The notes: a model not told the origin generated them from the letters alone. A stretch of DNA of 64,000 nt from Polyangia bacterium (GCA_050304755.1 JBNLED010000218.1:18489-82488); one strand, 5' to 3'. Shown: positions 46,631 to 56,222, counted from the first letter of the stretch. Numbers and translations: made by a program.

Positions 46631-48052
46631 TTGAATCCCAAATTGTTTTGCCGTTTGAGCACGGGCGGCGGTGGGCCTTATAACGCCTTAGTCGGTTTCC
46701 CGTGTTGGGCAGTCGCAGTCCTGTCGGGACTCACGGCGCTGCTCATGTGCTGCTCCGGCGCACCGGGCGATCGAAGAACCGCCACTCCTTCGGGGACTGT
46801 GACTGCCGATACCGTAGTCGACGCTCCCTGGAATGTCCCGAGCACACGCAGCGAATCGTCGTCATCGGTTTCACAGGTCACCAATCGCTGTCGCTGCGAA
46901 AGCCGGGCTTCGTTGCTCGGATGGGTCGGCTCCACCGCGGTCGTCAAGCGCGAGGACTGCTTCATACAGACGACGGACAATTCCCTCGATTGCGAGACAC
47001 GTTCCGTTCTGGCAGTGCGCAGCGTTGACGGGCGAACTGTGGTCGAGACGATAAGCGACGTACCGAGCGAGTTGATGCCCACCCCGAAAGCCGATACACT
47101 TGAGCTCGCGCGGCATCGAATTCTTTTGATTGAAGCATCGGATACACTATATTCATCCGTACGGCGTTACCTGCTGCGGGTCATCCCGGTCGACGGGGCC
47201 GCTGAGCTGCTCGACGAGAGTGTTGCGATCGCGCAGGATAGACGAACTTATCATTGCGGCAACGTCTCCCTATCCCAAACCCTGTCGGTCAGCGGCGACG
47301 GGGTGCATTTGGAGCACGATCCGGAGTTCGGCTGGGCACCGTCAGTGGACGGCGCGACGATCTTGGCGGTGACCGCATCGGAATCCGCCGGAGACCCGGG
47401 GGACGGGGATCCGGAGTTCGACTACCTCATGGCAGCGCCGGCCGAGCACACACCGAAGAGTATACTGCGCGCAAAATCGACGCCGTGCCGGGTCGTAACA
47501 CAATGGGGTTTCGACGGCAGCGAGGACGCGCATCCCGATGAGACCTTCTTGGGCTGGGACGGCGATCGAGCGGTGTTTGAGCCGTGGGGCGGGCATCCGT
47601 ACACGCTCGATCCGAGGCACAAATGTGCTCGCCGTCACGCAACCGGAACCGTTGATCCAAACCCGGGCCAACCGGTTTCGGGCAACTACGACATGTATCC
47701 GGAAAAGGAACGTGAGCGGGACGACCCGCAGCTGGTGCTGGTAACCGATGCCGACCCCGCGGTCCTTGAGAAGCAAATTGAAATGCTCATGGAAGCCTCT
47801 CCCACCGAGGCGCCCCCTGTGCCCACACACCTTCTCTTATTGTTGGTGTCTCCGCATCGGGTCCAAACAGCAGCGGCATGGACACAGTTGATGGGATACG
47901 TTTCCGGAGAAGCATCGAACCTGTCCGCCGCCTATCCTAGGCTCGCCGGTGCCTGTCGTTCGTTGAGCGGCAAGTCACTTCTCATCAATTTGTCGTTCGG
48001 CGATGCCGACGGTTTCGAAAACCATGTGATCGCGTTGCCGGAAGAGCAATAG
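46631..48052 (+). CDS. hypothetical lipoprotein (473 aa), lower GC than flanks, directly flanked by two MITE-like copies
   Basis: Signal AVAVLSGLTALLMCCSG. No family recognised. GC about 58% versus about 68% nearby. Confidence 0.6.
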   Translation: MNPKLFCRLSTGGGGPYNALVGFPCWAVAVLSGLTALLMCCSGAPGDRRTATPSGTVTADTVVDAPWNVPSTRSESSSSVSQVTNRCRCESRASLLGWVGSTAVVKREDCFIQTTDNSLDCETRSVLAVRSVDGRTVVETISDVPSELMPTPKADTLELARHRILLIEASDTLYSSVRRYLLRVIPVDGAAELLDESVAIAQDRRTYHCGNVSLSQTLSVSGDGVHLEHDPEFGWAPSVDGATILAVTASESAGDPGDGDPEFDYLMAAPAEHTPKSILRAKSTPCRVVTQWGFDGSEDAHPDETFLGWDGDRAVFEPWGGHPYTLDPRHKCARRHATGTVDPNPGQPVSGNYDMYPEKERERDDPQLVLVTDADPAVLEKQIEMLMEASPTEAPPVPTHLLLLLVSPHRVQTAAAWTQLMGYVSGEASNLSAAYPRLAGACRSLSGKSLLINLSFGDADGFENHVIALPEEQ

Positions 48053-48054
48053 GA

Positions 48055-48374
48055 GATCCCCACCCGGGTTATCCTTTATCTTTTGATTTCTAGGAGATCC
48101 AACTTTCTTGGAAACCTTTGGTCCTCTCCGTCCGATAAGGGAGGGCATGACACTGCCAAAACAAAACAGAAGATTTTTCTCTTCGCATTCCCGCGATGCC
48201 AACGGAGACGTTTGTCCACCGCGCAACTCCCGCCAGGATAGCGTGTCGTTTTGGCGACAAATCATCCGAAATCCGACCGGCGACCATCGGGTATAGGCTG
48301 ATCGAGAGCTCGCAAAAGAATCGGCTAGGACGCAGAATGGCGACGTCAACATTTTAACCCGGGTGGGGATTTTT
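48055..48374 (+). mobile_element. MITE-like element copy B (complete; TIRs GATCCCCACCCGGGTT / AACCCGGGTGGGGAT)
   Basis: 16-bp terminal inverted repeats read directly from the sequence. ~320 bp with no ORF. Confidence 0.65.
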
Positions 48375-48390
48375 CGGTATTTTTCGGATT

Positions 48391-48573
48391 TTAGCGGGGC
48401 GAACGAGCACACCGAAACCCGAGGCCGTTGTTCCAGAACGTGGGCAAATCCCAGTGTGAGAACCTAACAAGTTCGTCGGAATAAATAGTGTTCCATCCGC
48501 CGCCATGCAGCATCGGATAGACGCCCTCGTCATCCCAATGCGAGATCGACCATTCTGACACGTTTCCAGTCAT
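48391..48573 (-). pseudogene. C-terminal fragment of a formylglycine-generating-enzyme (FGE-sulfatase/SUMF1-domain) gene
   Basis: GNVSEWSISHWD...LHGGGWNT...GFRCARSP matches the FGE-domain C-terminus (GNVWEW...RGGSW...GFRc). Upstream frames are broken. GC about 52%. Confidence 0.6.
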
Positions 48574-48874
48574 GTCGCACAGACCGCTTCATGGCGGCCA
48601 CCAGACGCCGGCGTTGCTCCACGTAGGCCGTCGCCTGGGAGCACGACTGCTCCGCCTTGACCCGGTAGGGATTGGGCTCTCATGAACAGTCCAGTTCAGC
48701 TCCTGATGTCAAAGGCTCCGTGCGACCACTGCTGACGCACCTTGCCGCGTTTTTCCTTGCCGATCTATTGGGATTTCAAGGTATAACCTTCGTGGTCTAG
48801 CGCCTTCATTTCTTGTAAGGGATGCTCTCGCTGGGGAAATTATCCTTTGAAAAAACTCGAACAGAAGGATTTCA

Positions 48875-49984
48875 TTGCGCCGCTCTTTCGTCATTGCATT
48901 TATTTTTATTCTGATCTCGATTGCCCCGCCTGGCGCGTCTGCACAAGAGAGCGCGGTTTCTACGATGCCGTCGAGTCCCGGCCCTGTTTGGACCGTGGTT
49001 CTGATGGAAGGCACCGATTCATCGCCGACTCTGCAACTGGTCGATGAGCTTTCGTTGGTCACCACCCTGGTGTCCATCGAGGTCGTTCAAGTACCGGCAA
49101 CATTCGATACCGCCGATCTGTCGGAAAAGCTTCGGCTCATCCGCGAGGTGTCGCCGGCGGCCGCAGCGGCCATATGGCTCGATGGAGCGGCGACCTATCG
49201 CCTGGCCGTTGTCGAAGACGTTGCGGCGCCCGGCCCGCCGTCTGTCCACTATATAGAGGCCGACGCGTTGCCGTCGGTGGCGCTCCTCACCCGGGATTTT
49301 CTCATCGGGCGGGGGGCTGTTTCGGAAGCGGAGGCGCTACCGGATGACGCTCAGAATCCCGTGCCGAAAAGCCAGGCCGCTGATGCGGAAACTCCGTGGG
49401 ATGAACCGGCTGAAGCGCCTCGGACGCCGTCGCCGACCCTGCTCGGAGTGGGCTTACTCGGGGAAGGGGGGAGCGGTCTCCAAGGGGGAAAGAGCGCGGG
49501 GGATTGGTTTGCGGGGGGCGGCATAACCGTTCATGTCGCGCCGTGGAAAATTTTGGCCCTTCGGTGGACGATCACCGGCGGCTCCGGGGCGTCTCGCACC
49601 ACAGAAGAGGTCGTCATCCATCAACATTGGGGGGCGGCGGCGCTTTCATTGTTCCTGAGGTCCAAGGTCGGGACGCATCTCTTCATCGGCGGTTATCTCT
49701 CCGCCGGCGTCGTGCTCAACCGCGTTCGGCTCGAGCACGAGGACACCGGGATGGCGCCGGTGACCGCCAACAAGTGGACGCCCGAGGTCGGCGCAGGGGT
49801 TCATCTCGCGGTACCGGTCGGCGCCCGGGTCCGGGTCGGCCTGGACGCGGGAGGGTACGGACGCCTTCTCAAATACCACTACAACAACGCGCGGACCGGC
49901 GAAGAACTCTTTGCATCGACCACCTGGGTATGGAAGGCCTCTGCTTGGGCGGTCGTTTTTCTGCCGTTCGAAAAAAAGCCGTAA
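48875..49984 (+). CDS. secreted protein, possible outer-membrane beta-barrel C-terminal half
   Basis: Signal VIAFIFILISIAPPGASA. Gly-rich middle. Alternating hydrophobic C-terminal strands. Confidence 0.6.
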   Translation: MRRSFVIAFIFILISIAPPGASAQESAVSTMPSSPGPVWTVVLMEGTDSSPTLQLVDELSLVTTLVSIEVVQVPATFDTADLSEKLRLIREVSPAAAAAIWLDGAATYRLAVVEDVAAPGPPSVHYIEADALPSVALLTRDFLIGRGAVSEAEALPDDAQNPVPKSQAADAETPWDEPAEAPRTPSPTLLGVGLLGEGGSGLQGGKSAGDWFAGGGITVHVAPWKILALRWTITGGSGASRTTEEVVIHQHWGAAALSLFLRSKVGTHLFIGGYLSAGVVLNRVRLEHEDTGMAPVTANKWTPEVGAGVHLAVPVGARVRVGLDAGGYGRLLKYHYNNARTGEELFASTTWVWKASAWAVVFLPFEKKP

Positions 49985-50025
49985 AGAATGCGAACGCCGG
50001 GGAAATCAGCGGGCGAGGAGATTTG

Positions 50026-50631
50026 ATGAGCATTCAGGAAATACAAACCGACGACTCGCTCATGGCCCGCCTTAAACAAGGGGACATCGACGCCCTCGGC
50101 GTTCTGTTCGAGCGGCACGGCGCCATGACAGCGCGGGCGATTCGCCGGTTTGCCCCCCATATCTCTGATGATGAGGTAAGGGATCTGGTCCAGGATGTCT
50201 TCCTGAAGGTAAGGCGCCTCTCTCGAAATTACACGGCCCTCGAGAAATGTTCGGCGTGGATCTTCGGCATCGCGGCCAATACCGCCGGCAATTGGAAGAA
50301 GAAGGGGGCGAAGCGGGCGACGCTGCTCGCGGCGCATCGCGAAAAGTCGGTCGGGCTCAGCCTGGTGGTGGACAATTCGCCCGAAGCCGCTGTGGCAAAT
50401 CGGGAGCTGGTCGAGCGGATCCTCGATACGCTGTCATCGGAGGACCAGCGGCTGTTCGTCCTCTCGGAGGTGGACGGGTTTTCCGCGCGGGAGATAGGAG
50501 AGATGGTGGGGCTCAAAGAGGGAGCGGTATGGACAAGGCTCCATCGAATTCGAAATACGCTGCTCGGCAAATCGCGACAGCCCCGGAAAAGGGATGCCCA
50601 TCGGCTTGCACCCAAAAAGAGGATGTCATGA
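50026..50631 (+). CDS. ECF-type RNA polymerase sigma-70 factor
   Basis: Region 2 (DLVQDVFLKVRR) and region 4 (LSSEDQRLFVLSEVDGFSAREIGEMVGLKEGAVWTRLHR) motifs. Confidence 0.85.
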   Translation: MSIQEIQTDDSLMARLKQGDIDALGVLFERHGAMTARAIRRFAPHISDDEVRDLVQDVFLKVRRLSRNYTALEKCSAWIFGIAANTAGNWKKKGAKRATLLAAHREKSVGLSLVVDNSPEAAVANRELVERILDTLSSEDQRLFVLSEVDGFSAREIGEMVGLKEGAVWTRLHRIRNTLLGKSRQPRKRDAHRLAPKKRMS

Positions 50632-51974
50632 GGTACTGTGACAATATTCATCGATATTTGGACGGAGAGCTCACGTGTGACGATGCGGTGCAATTCATGT
50701 CGCATCTAGATAACTGTCCCGCTTGCAGTGATGACCTCGCCTTTTTGGATCTCGCGCGAGAAGTGGGCACGGCGCGGTGGGGACTGACGGTCGGCGCGCC
50801 CGATGCACCGGCGGTCTCGACGCTTTTGGAGCAGGCCACACTCGAGCAGGACCGCGAGGTCGCCCGTCGCCGCTACCGCCGTGTCTGGTTGGCGGTCGCG
50901 TCGATAACGCTGTTCCTGGCGGTCGGAGCACTTTTCGCGGGGTATGGCGCTGAGCACACCGGCGGTGTTGCGACGGGCGCCTCCTTCAACCAGCGGTCAC
51001 TTATCCCATCGACACGCGTCGAGGGCGGTGAGGCTCGGGGCGGGGTGCTGTTGCCCGAGGGGATTACCGAGCGACCGCATCGAATATGGACCGGGCCGGA
51101 GAGTCGCGTCTTTGCAGTTTCGGACGATGCCGCGCTTCTCGACATCGAATCCGGGAGTGTGGTCGTGCACACTGTGCCGGACGCACCGTCGTTGACGATA
51201 TATGCCGGTCCCTATGTCATCTCCGATATCGGCACTACCTTCGAGGTACGGTACGACCCCGCGCGAGGTCTGGATGTCACGGTGGCGCGCGGACGGGTGA
51301 GCGTGGACGGGTTCGGTGATGTCCCGGTACGGATCGAGGCCGAGCAGTCGCTGACGATCGTGCCGGAGGACGGCTTTATGGCGCTCTCGGTGGATGACAC
51401 CGCGGCGGCACGCCTTGACGAAATGCTCGGTGATTCGGCGTCTGACGAAGCGCTCCTTCGGCCTCCGGCGGTCGCCACGAGCAAGGGCCGGCTTTCGGTT
51501 CAGGGCCCTGCGCCGCCCCTCGACGCTTGGCGCAAAATGGTGCTCTCGGGGCGCTACGCCGAGGCAGAGGACGAGATGACCGCCTACCTCGCTCGGGACA
51601 GTCGAAACGCCGATGTCTGGTCGATGCTCGGGGATTGCCGGCGAAAGGCCAGCGACTGGCGGGGTGCCGTCTCGGCCTATGAGCAGGTGTTGCGATACGG
51701 CAGCGGCGTGGGCGCCCGGCGGGCGGCGGTTCTGATGGGCGAGGTCTATCAGGACGAGCTGGGAGAGCTGGACCGCGCGGCGGCGGCATACGAGCGATGT
51801 CTCGAGCGCGGAGACGGGGGGCGGCTCCGCGGCACAGTGCTCTTGAAGCTGGCGCGCGTCCGGCAAGCGCAGAAGAAAACCGACAAGGCAATAAAAGCGC
51901 TCGAGGAGATCCTCGAGGGCCCGTTCGACGAGTCCTTGAAACAGCGTGCGGAAGAGCTCAAACGTACGTTGTAG
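50628..51974 (+). CDS. anti-sigma factor: zf-HC2 N-terminus, single TM, FecR-like and TPR periplasmic domains
   Basis: HLDNCPACSD zinc-finger anti-sigma motif, TM VWLAVASITLFLAVGALFAGY, ATGA start/stop overlap with the sigma gene. Confidence 0.75.
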   Translation: MRYCDNIHRYLDGELTCDDAVQFMSHLDNCPACSDDLAFLDLAREVGTARWGLTVGAPDAPAVSTLLEQATLEQDREVARRRYRRVWLAVASITLFLAVGALFAGYGAEHTGGVATGASFNQRSLIPSTRVEGGEARGGVLLPEGITERPHRIWTGPESRVFAVSDDAALLDIESGSVVVHTVPDAPSLTIYAGPYVISDIGTTFEVRYDPARGLDVTVARGRVSVDGFGDVPVRIEAEQSLTIVPEDGFMALSVDDTAAARLDEMLGDSASDEALLRPPAVATSKGRLSVQGPAPPLDAWRKMVLSGRYAEAEDEMTAYLARDSRNADVWSMLGDCRRKASDWRGAVSAYEQVLRYGSGVGARRAAVLMGEVYQDELGELDRAAAAYERCLERGDGGRLRGTVLLKLARVRQAQKKTDKAIKALEEILEGPFDESLKQRAEELKRTL

Positions 51975-52011
51975 GACATCGTCCCGATGGCATGAATAAG
52001 GAGGAAGAGCG

Positions 52012-53571
52012 ATGAGGAAAACAGTGTTGGTGACAGGGGTTATCGTGTGCGGTTTGTGCGTGCTGCAGTGCGACGTGCCGGTGGATGTCGAGTTTACCCC
52101 GACAGTCGGATTGGTGGGAGCAGGTGACGACCCGATGGTGGTCAATCTCGACGAAGGGTGCGAGCCCGGGGAGACGCTGGTTTATCCCATACGCGACCGA
52201 AAAGGGATCACCCAGGTGACGACCGGGCTGGACGGTGAGTTGCTCGCCAAGGCGGACGACTGCCGAACCTACACATTTGACGGCGAAGCCTGGCGACCCA
52301 ACTATTCGCTGATATATCGGTATGCCCAGCCGGGGATTATCCCGAATGGGGCGGAGGGGGACTATCCCCGAGGGAACAGGTGTGTCGACATTTGGTACCC
52401 GGAAGGATTGGGGGAAATCCTCGAGTTAAACGTTGCCGGGATTGGAGTTTACAACCGAAACTATATCAACACCCTGGATTTCGGGCTTTTCGCTGTGGAC
52501 GAGGGTTGGAGCAGCGACGATGCAAAGTTTACTTACGGAACGGCGGTTTGGGGCACGTCCCGGTACGCGTATCTGGAAACACGCATAAGGCTTTATTATC
52601 CGCCGGAATTTTTCTCTGTGGAAGGCAATGATGTGACAAAGAGTGATGAGTTCGTTTCCGAACGGTTCTTCAAGGCGGGGGGAGGGATTTCTCTGTACGA
52701 GTATGCAGATGACGAGGGAGCTCATATGGATAGGGGCTTGACCTATGTACCGGATATCCCCTTCATGGATGTCTTCGGCAACTCGATCGCCGACTTTTTT
52801 GCCGTTGGCAACGAGCTCCAAACGGCATGTCCCCGAGTGACAGGGAATGTGTACCACTGCAACGACAGCGCCTGCGAGCTGGAGCTCAACGTTTCCGGAG
52901 TAACCCTCAAATCGATCCACGGCGTCTCGGGGGACAACCTCTTCGTGGTGGGCGGCAACGATGAGCGCAGCACCAACGGTGTGATCTTTCAACGCAGAAA
53001 GGGGAAATGGATTCGATACGACCTTCCGACGGACATCCCCTTGAACAAAGTCTGGGCGGCCGATTCGAAAACGGTGTACGCGGTGGGGGGCGCCTACGAC
53101 AAGGACGGCGCGCCGAGCAGTGTCGCCCTGAGGCTTTCGGGCGGCGAATGGGAGATTCTGGATGTCGACTCGACGCGCCCCCTCTATGACGTGTTCGGTC
53201 TGTCCGGCGACGATGTCCACATCGTCGGGGAGGAGGGGTTCTTTCATTACGGCACCGCGCGGCAGAACGACTGGCCCGCCATCCAGGCCGATGAGCTCTG
53301 CGATCTGTACAATAAGATGTACGACGGGTGTCACTTCGCTGAGGTCGGCGACCCATTGGGAGTCCAAACCTGTGAGACCGCGCTCCTGGACGTTTTCGCC
53401 GAGGGCGGCGATTGCGCGGATTCGGCTTTCTCGCTGCTTGACTGTATGTTGCACCAGTCGTGTGACGAGGCCCTGAAATTCAGCGAGGATCCGACGAACC
53501 CGGACGCCGCGTGCGCAACCGAATACGCCGCCGTGGACTGTCCGTCATTCCCTCCTGAGATCTCACAGTAA
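52012..53571 (+). CDS. secreted/lipoprotein hypothetical (519 aa) downstream of the sigma/anti-sigma pair
   Basis: Signal VIVCGLCVLQC. Cys-rich C-terminal tail. Propeller-like repeats (VYAVGGAYD, VHIVGEEGF). Confidence 0.7.
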   Translation: MRKTVLVTGVIVCGLCVLQCDVPVDVEFTPTVGLVGAGDDPMVVNLDEGCEPGETLVYPIRDRKGITQVTTGLDGELLAKADDCRTYTFDGEAWRPNYSLIYRYAQPGIIPNGAEGDYPRGNRCVDIWYPEGLGEILELNVAGIGVYNRNYINTLDFGLFAVDEGWSSDDAKFTYGTAVWGTSRYAYLETRIRLYYPPEFFSVEGNDVTKSDEFVSERFFKAGGGISLYEYADDEGAHMDRGLTYVPDIPFMDVFGNSIADFFAVGNELQTACPRVTGNVYHCNDSACELELNVSGVTLKSIHGVSGDNLFVVGGNDERSTNGVIFQRRKGKWIRYDLPTDIPLNKVWAADSKTVYAVGGAYDKDGAPSSVALRLSGGEWEILDVDSTRPLYDVFGLSGDDVHIVGEEGFFHYGTARQNDWPAIQADELCDLYNKMYDGCHFAEVGDPLGVQTCETALLDVFAEGGDCADSAFSLLDCMLHQSCDEALKFSEDPTNPDAACATEYAAVDCPSFPPEISQ

Positions 53572-53670
53572 GATCCCCACGAGTAAGATCCCCACCGGGT
53601 TGTCATTCAGAATCCCCACCCGTGTAAGATCCCCACCCGGGGTATCCTTTATCTTTAAGAGATCCCTCAC
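53569..53670 (+). repeat. cluster of four tandem MITE left-end fragments (GATCCCCAC...) ending with GGGGTATCCTTTATCTTT
   Basis: Starts exactly at the stop codon of 52012..53571. Matches the left terminus of the MITE-like family. Confidence 0.55.
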
Positions 53671-53796
53671 CCTATCAGCGTCTGTGTTCGATGTCTGGAG
53701 CGAGAGTTTGGGGTAGGGTTCAGGCTTGCGATGGAACAACTGGGGTTGAGAAATGTTACTACATACGAAGGTATTTTAGCCACAAGGAGGTGTCAA

Positions 53797-54234
53797 ATGC
53801 CACGGAAGATGCTTCGAAAAGTGACGAGCGTGGGTGTCGCCGCCATTCTGTGCAGCCTCGCGCTTGTCGGGTGTACCGGAGAGAAGGTCTACAAGATGAA
53901 AGCCACTGCCGCATTGCCGGCGGCCGAAGGGTCGGTGTCCGCGTGGGAGGGCAGCATGGACGAGACAGTGGTCGAAGTCGATGCGCAGTATCTCACCCCG
54001 ACGGAAGAGACCAAGGATCCGCTCTACTACACCGCCTGGGCCAAGAACGGTAACACTATCACTCGCCTTGGCAACCTGAAGCTGGAGGGAGATCGCTTCG
54101 GCAGGCTTGTGTCATCCACCCACATGACGAATTTTGAGGTCATGGTCACTGCCGAGGAGAAGCCCGTCCTGAAGAAACCCCAGTCGCTGCCGATCCTCAC
54201 GTCCACGACCATCTACAGTTGGGATTTGACCTGA
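53797..54234 (+). CDS. small lipoprotein (145 aa)
   Basis: AAGGAGG RBS. MPRKMLRKVTSVGVAAILCSLALVGCTG lipoprotein signal. Confidence 0.6.
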   Translation: MPRKMLRKVTSVGVAAILCSLALVGCTGEKVYKMKATAALPAAEGSVSAWEGSMDETVVEVDAQYLTPTEETKDPLYYTAWAKNGNTITRLGNLKLEGDRFGRLVSSTHMTNFEVMVTAEEKPVLKKPQSLPILTSTTIYSWDLT

Positions 54235-54382
54235 AATAGAAGCACGGAACTCAGGACAAACATTGGAACTTGACCGCGATACCTGTCCGCACGGGTAGGA
54301 CACCACGAGGAGCACGAAGACAATTTTCAATTTTGTCCACATCTTCTCGAGGGCGCTGCCCCTCACCTGTTTTCCGACGTCG

Positions 54383-55135
54383 TCAACTTTCGAGGGAAGC
54401 ACTCGAATTTGAAGACGCCCCGTACAAGACGGGCATTCTTCCTTTCCATTTTTGCCACAAGTCATCGTCGCTGATCAGTTCTGTCATAAAATGCGCGACG
54501 TTGATGCGGCTTATCTTACCGGCATTAAAAATCGCACTGCGCGTTGGGGAAACAAACGCCTCATATTCAGACACCGTATCTTCATCGATCAACCCGTCGG
54601 GTCGAACCGCGCTCCATTCAATCATACTATCGTTCGGGCCTATTTGTGTGCGCAAATAGTCTGCTGCCGATTCATTGTCCTTATGCGGAGGCACCAGCAG
54701 TCGAATCAATCCGACCACGAAGCGTTGGGCGGCGGAAATGCGCTCATCTTCATCCTTATTGACAACACCCGAGGAGCTCATCAGCACAAACTTCACGCGG
54801 TTTCCTACCGAAGAAGTTTTTCGAATCGCTTCGCAAAACCGACGTTCCGCCTCAGCAACAAGTCTTCGCGGATGACCGTACATCCCTTTAAACGAAATGT
54901 TGTGCCCCAAACAGGATGCCACGACATCACACCCCTGCACGTACGATTCTATCTCCGCATCGCTTAGATCCGATACACTGCCGCCGATTGTCGTAAGCTT
55001 CTCTCGATTTTTGAGAAACTCCGGCAGTTTTTCCGGCGAACGAACGACTATCGTCACCTCATGGCCGCGACTGAGCAACATATCGGCAACATGACGACCC
55101 GTGGCGCCGCTGGCGCCGAGCAGTACAATTTTCAT
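54383..55135 (-). CDS. NAD(P)H-binding atypical SDR / NmrA-like oxidoreductase, low-GC (about 50%) gene
   Basis: GGAGG RBS then MKIVLLGASGATGRHV Rossmann motif. GC clearly below the window average. Confidence 0.8.
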   Translation of the reverse strand: MKIVLLGASGATGRHVADMLLSRGHEVTIVVRSPEKLPEFLKNREKLTTIGGSVSDLSDAEIESYVQGCDVVASCLGHNISFKGMYGHPRRLVAEAERRFCEAIRKTSSVGNRVKFVLMSSSGVVNKDEDERISAAQRFVVGLIRLLVPPHKDNESAADYLRTQIGPNDSMIEWSAVRPDGLIDEDTVSEYEAFVSPTRSAIFNAGKISRINVAHFMTELISDDDLWQKWKGRMPVLYGASSNSSASLES

Positions 55136-55525
55136 TTGACTCTCCTCCAATTGTCTACTCCGGAAATACCGGAGACGGCGGCCTCATGATTTCAATCGAA
55201 AACGCACTCGTATAGCCAAAGGGCCCCGTTCTGTTAGGTAGATAACCCGCCAAACTGTAAATGCAACGTTAGTCGCCTGTCGGAAAAAGGTTCGTCAATC
55301 GTGGGTGACTGTGCCCTTTCGGCCCGCGATCTCGACCGCCAATCGGGCGTCGGGGCGGAACACGCCTCTCGCTCCCTTGGCGGCCACGCTCATCTGCGTC
55401 TCGACGTCCCGTCCCGGCGTCGCTTCCGCATCCAGCTCGACCTCCAGTTCTATGATGATTTCTCCGTCGCCTCAGGAGCCACCGAAGCCGTTTAGGCGAA
55501 GGCGGGCCTCGTCGACGTCGACAAG

Positions 55526-56179
55526 TCAACCCGGGTGGGGATTTTTGCAGATCGACACGGTGGCAGCCCCGGAGAGGCCGCAGATCCCCGAGGTCGAGGG
55601 CTCAGTGTCCCCCACGTAGGAGCATACCCCGTCCCGGTGGTCGTAGCTCAGCTCGCCGGTCTCCGGATCCCAGTTGGCGGTGGCCGAGCCCCCCCACTGG
55701 CCGGCGTCCTCGTTGTAGCGCATGAGGATGCTGGTGTGCCCGACGTACTCCCGCGCGAACCCGTAGGCGATCCGCTCTCCCACGGCCGCCGCCATCTCCG
55801 CCTCGGTCAGGGACAGGTCGCTGTTGGCGCAGGCGCCGTGCTCGTCGAGCACCACCTCCGGATCGCCCTTCTCCACTACGACACTCCATTCGCAGAAATC
55901 GCACGGGATCGAGGGATCCGCCACCGCGGTGAGCGGATACCGCACGCGGCATACGTCGGCGGGATCGTCGCTGTTGGTCAGGATGTACAGATCCTCGTAT
56001 CCATCATACGCGATTGTCGCCTGGCTGGTCTCGGGAACGGCGCCCGACTCCGAATCGCCCTCCGGACCGGCATCGGCCGTATCGCCCGGCGCGATGTCGT
56101 TTGTCTCGTCGGCGTCGTCGCAGCCGCTCGCCGCAAAGAGCGTGCAGATGATCATGTGTAAGAGCGCATTCCGATTCAT
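55526..56179 (-). CDS. acidic lipoprotein hypothetical
   Basis: MNRNALLHMIICTLFAASGCDD lipobox. Confidence 0.6.
   Translation of the reverse strand: MNRNALLHMIICTLFAASGCDDADETNDIAPGDTADAGPEGDSESGAVPETSQATIAYDGYEDLYILTNSDDPADVCRVRYPLTAVADPSIPCDFCEWSVVVEKGDPEVVLDEHGACANSDLSLTEAEMAAAVGERIAYGFAREYVGHTSILMRYNEDAGQWGGSATANWDPETGELSYDHRDGVCSYVGDTEPSTSGICGLSGAATVSICKNPHPG
55529..55548 (+). repeat. solo MITE right-terminus fragment (CAACCCGGGTGGGGATTTTT)
   Basis: Identical to the right TIR of copies A and B. Abuts the 3' end of the 55526..56179 gene. Confidence 0.45.
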
Positions 56180-56222
56180 TGTAGTCTCCCTCTTTTCTCG
56201 ACGCATCTGAAGAGCGCCGGAT

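Noticed and set aside
53569-53670. Possible CRISPR-like short tandem repeats (gatccccac x4)
   Set aside because: Irregular spacing, no spacer/repeat architecture and no cas genes. They match the MITE left terminus instead.
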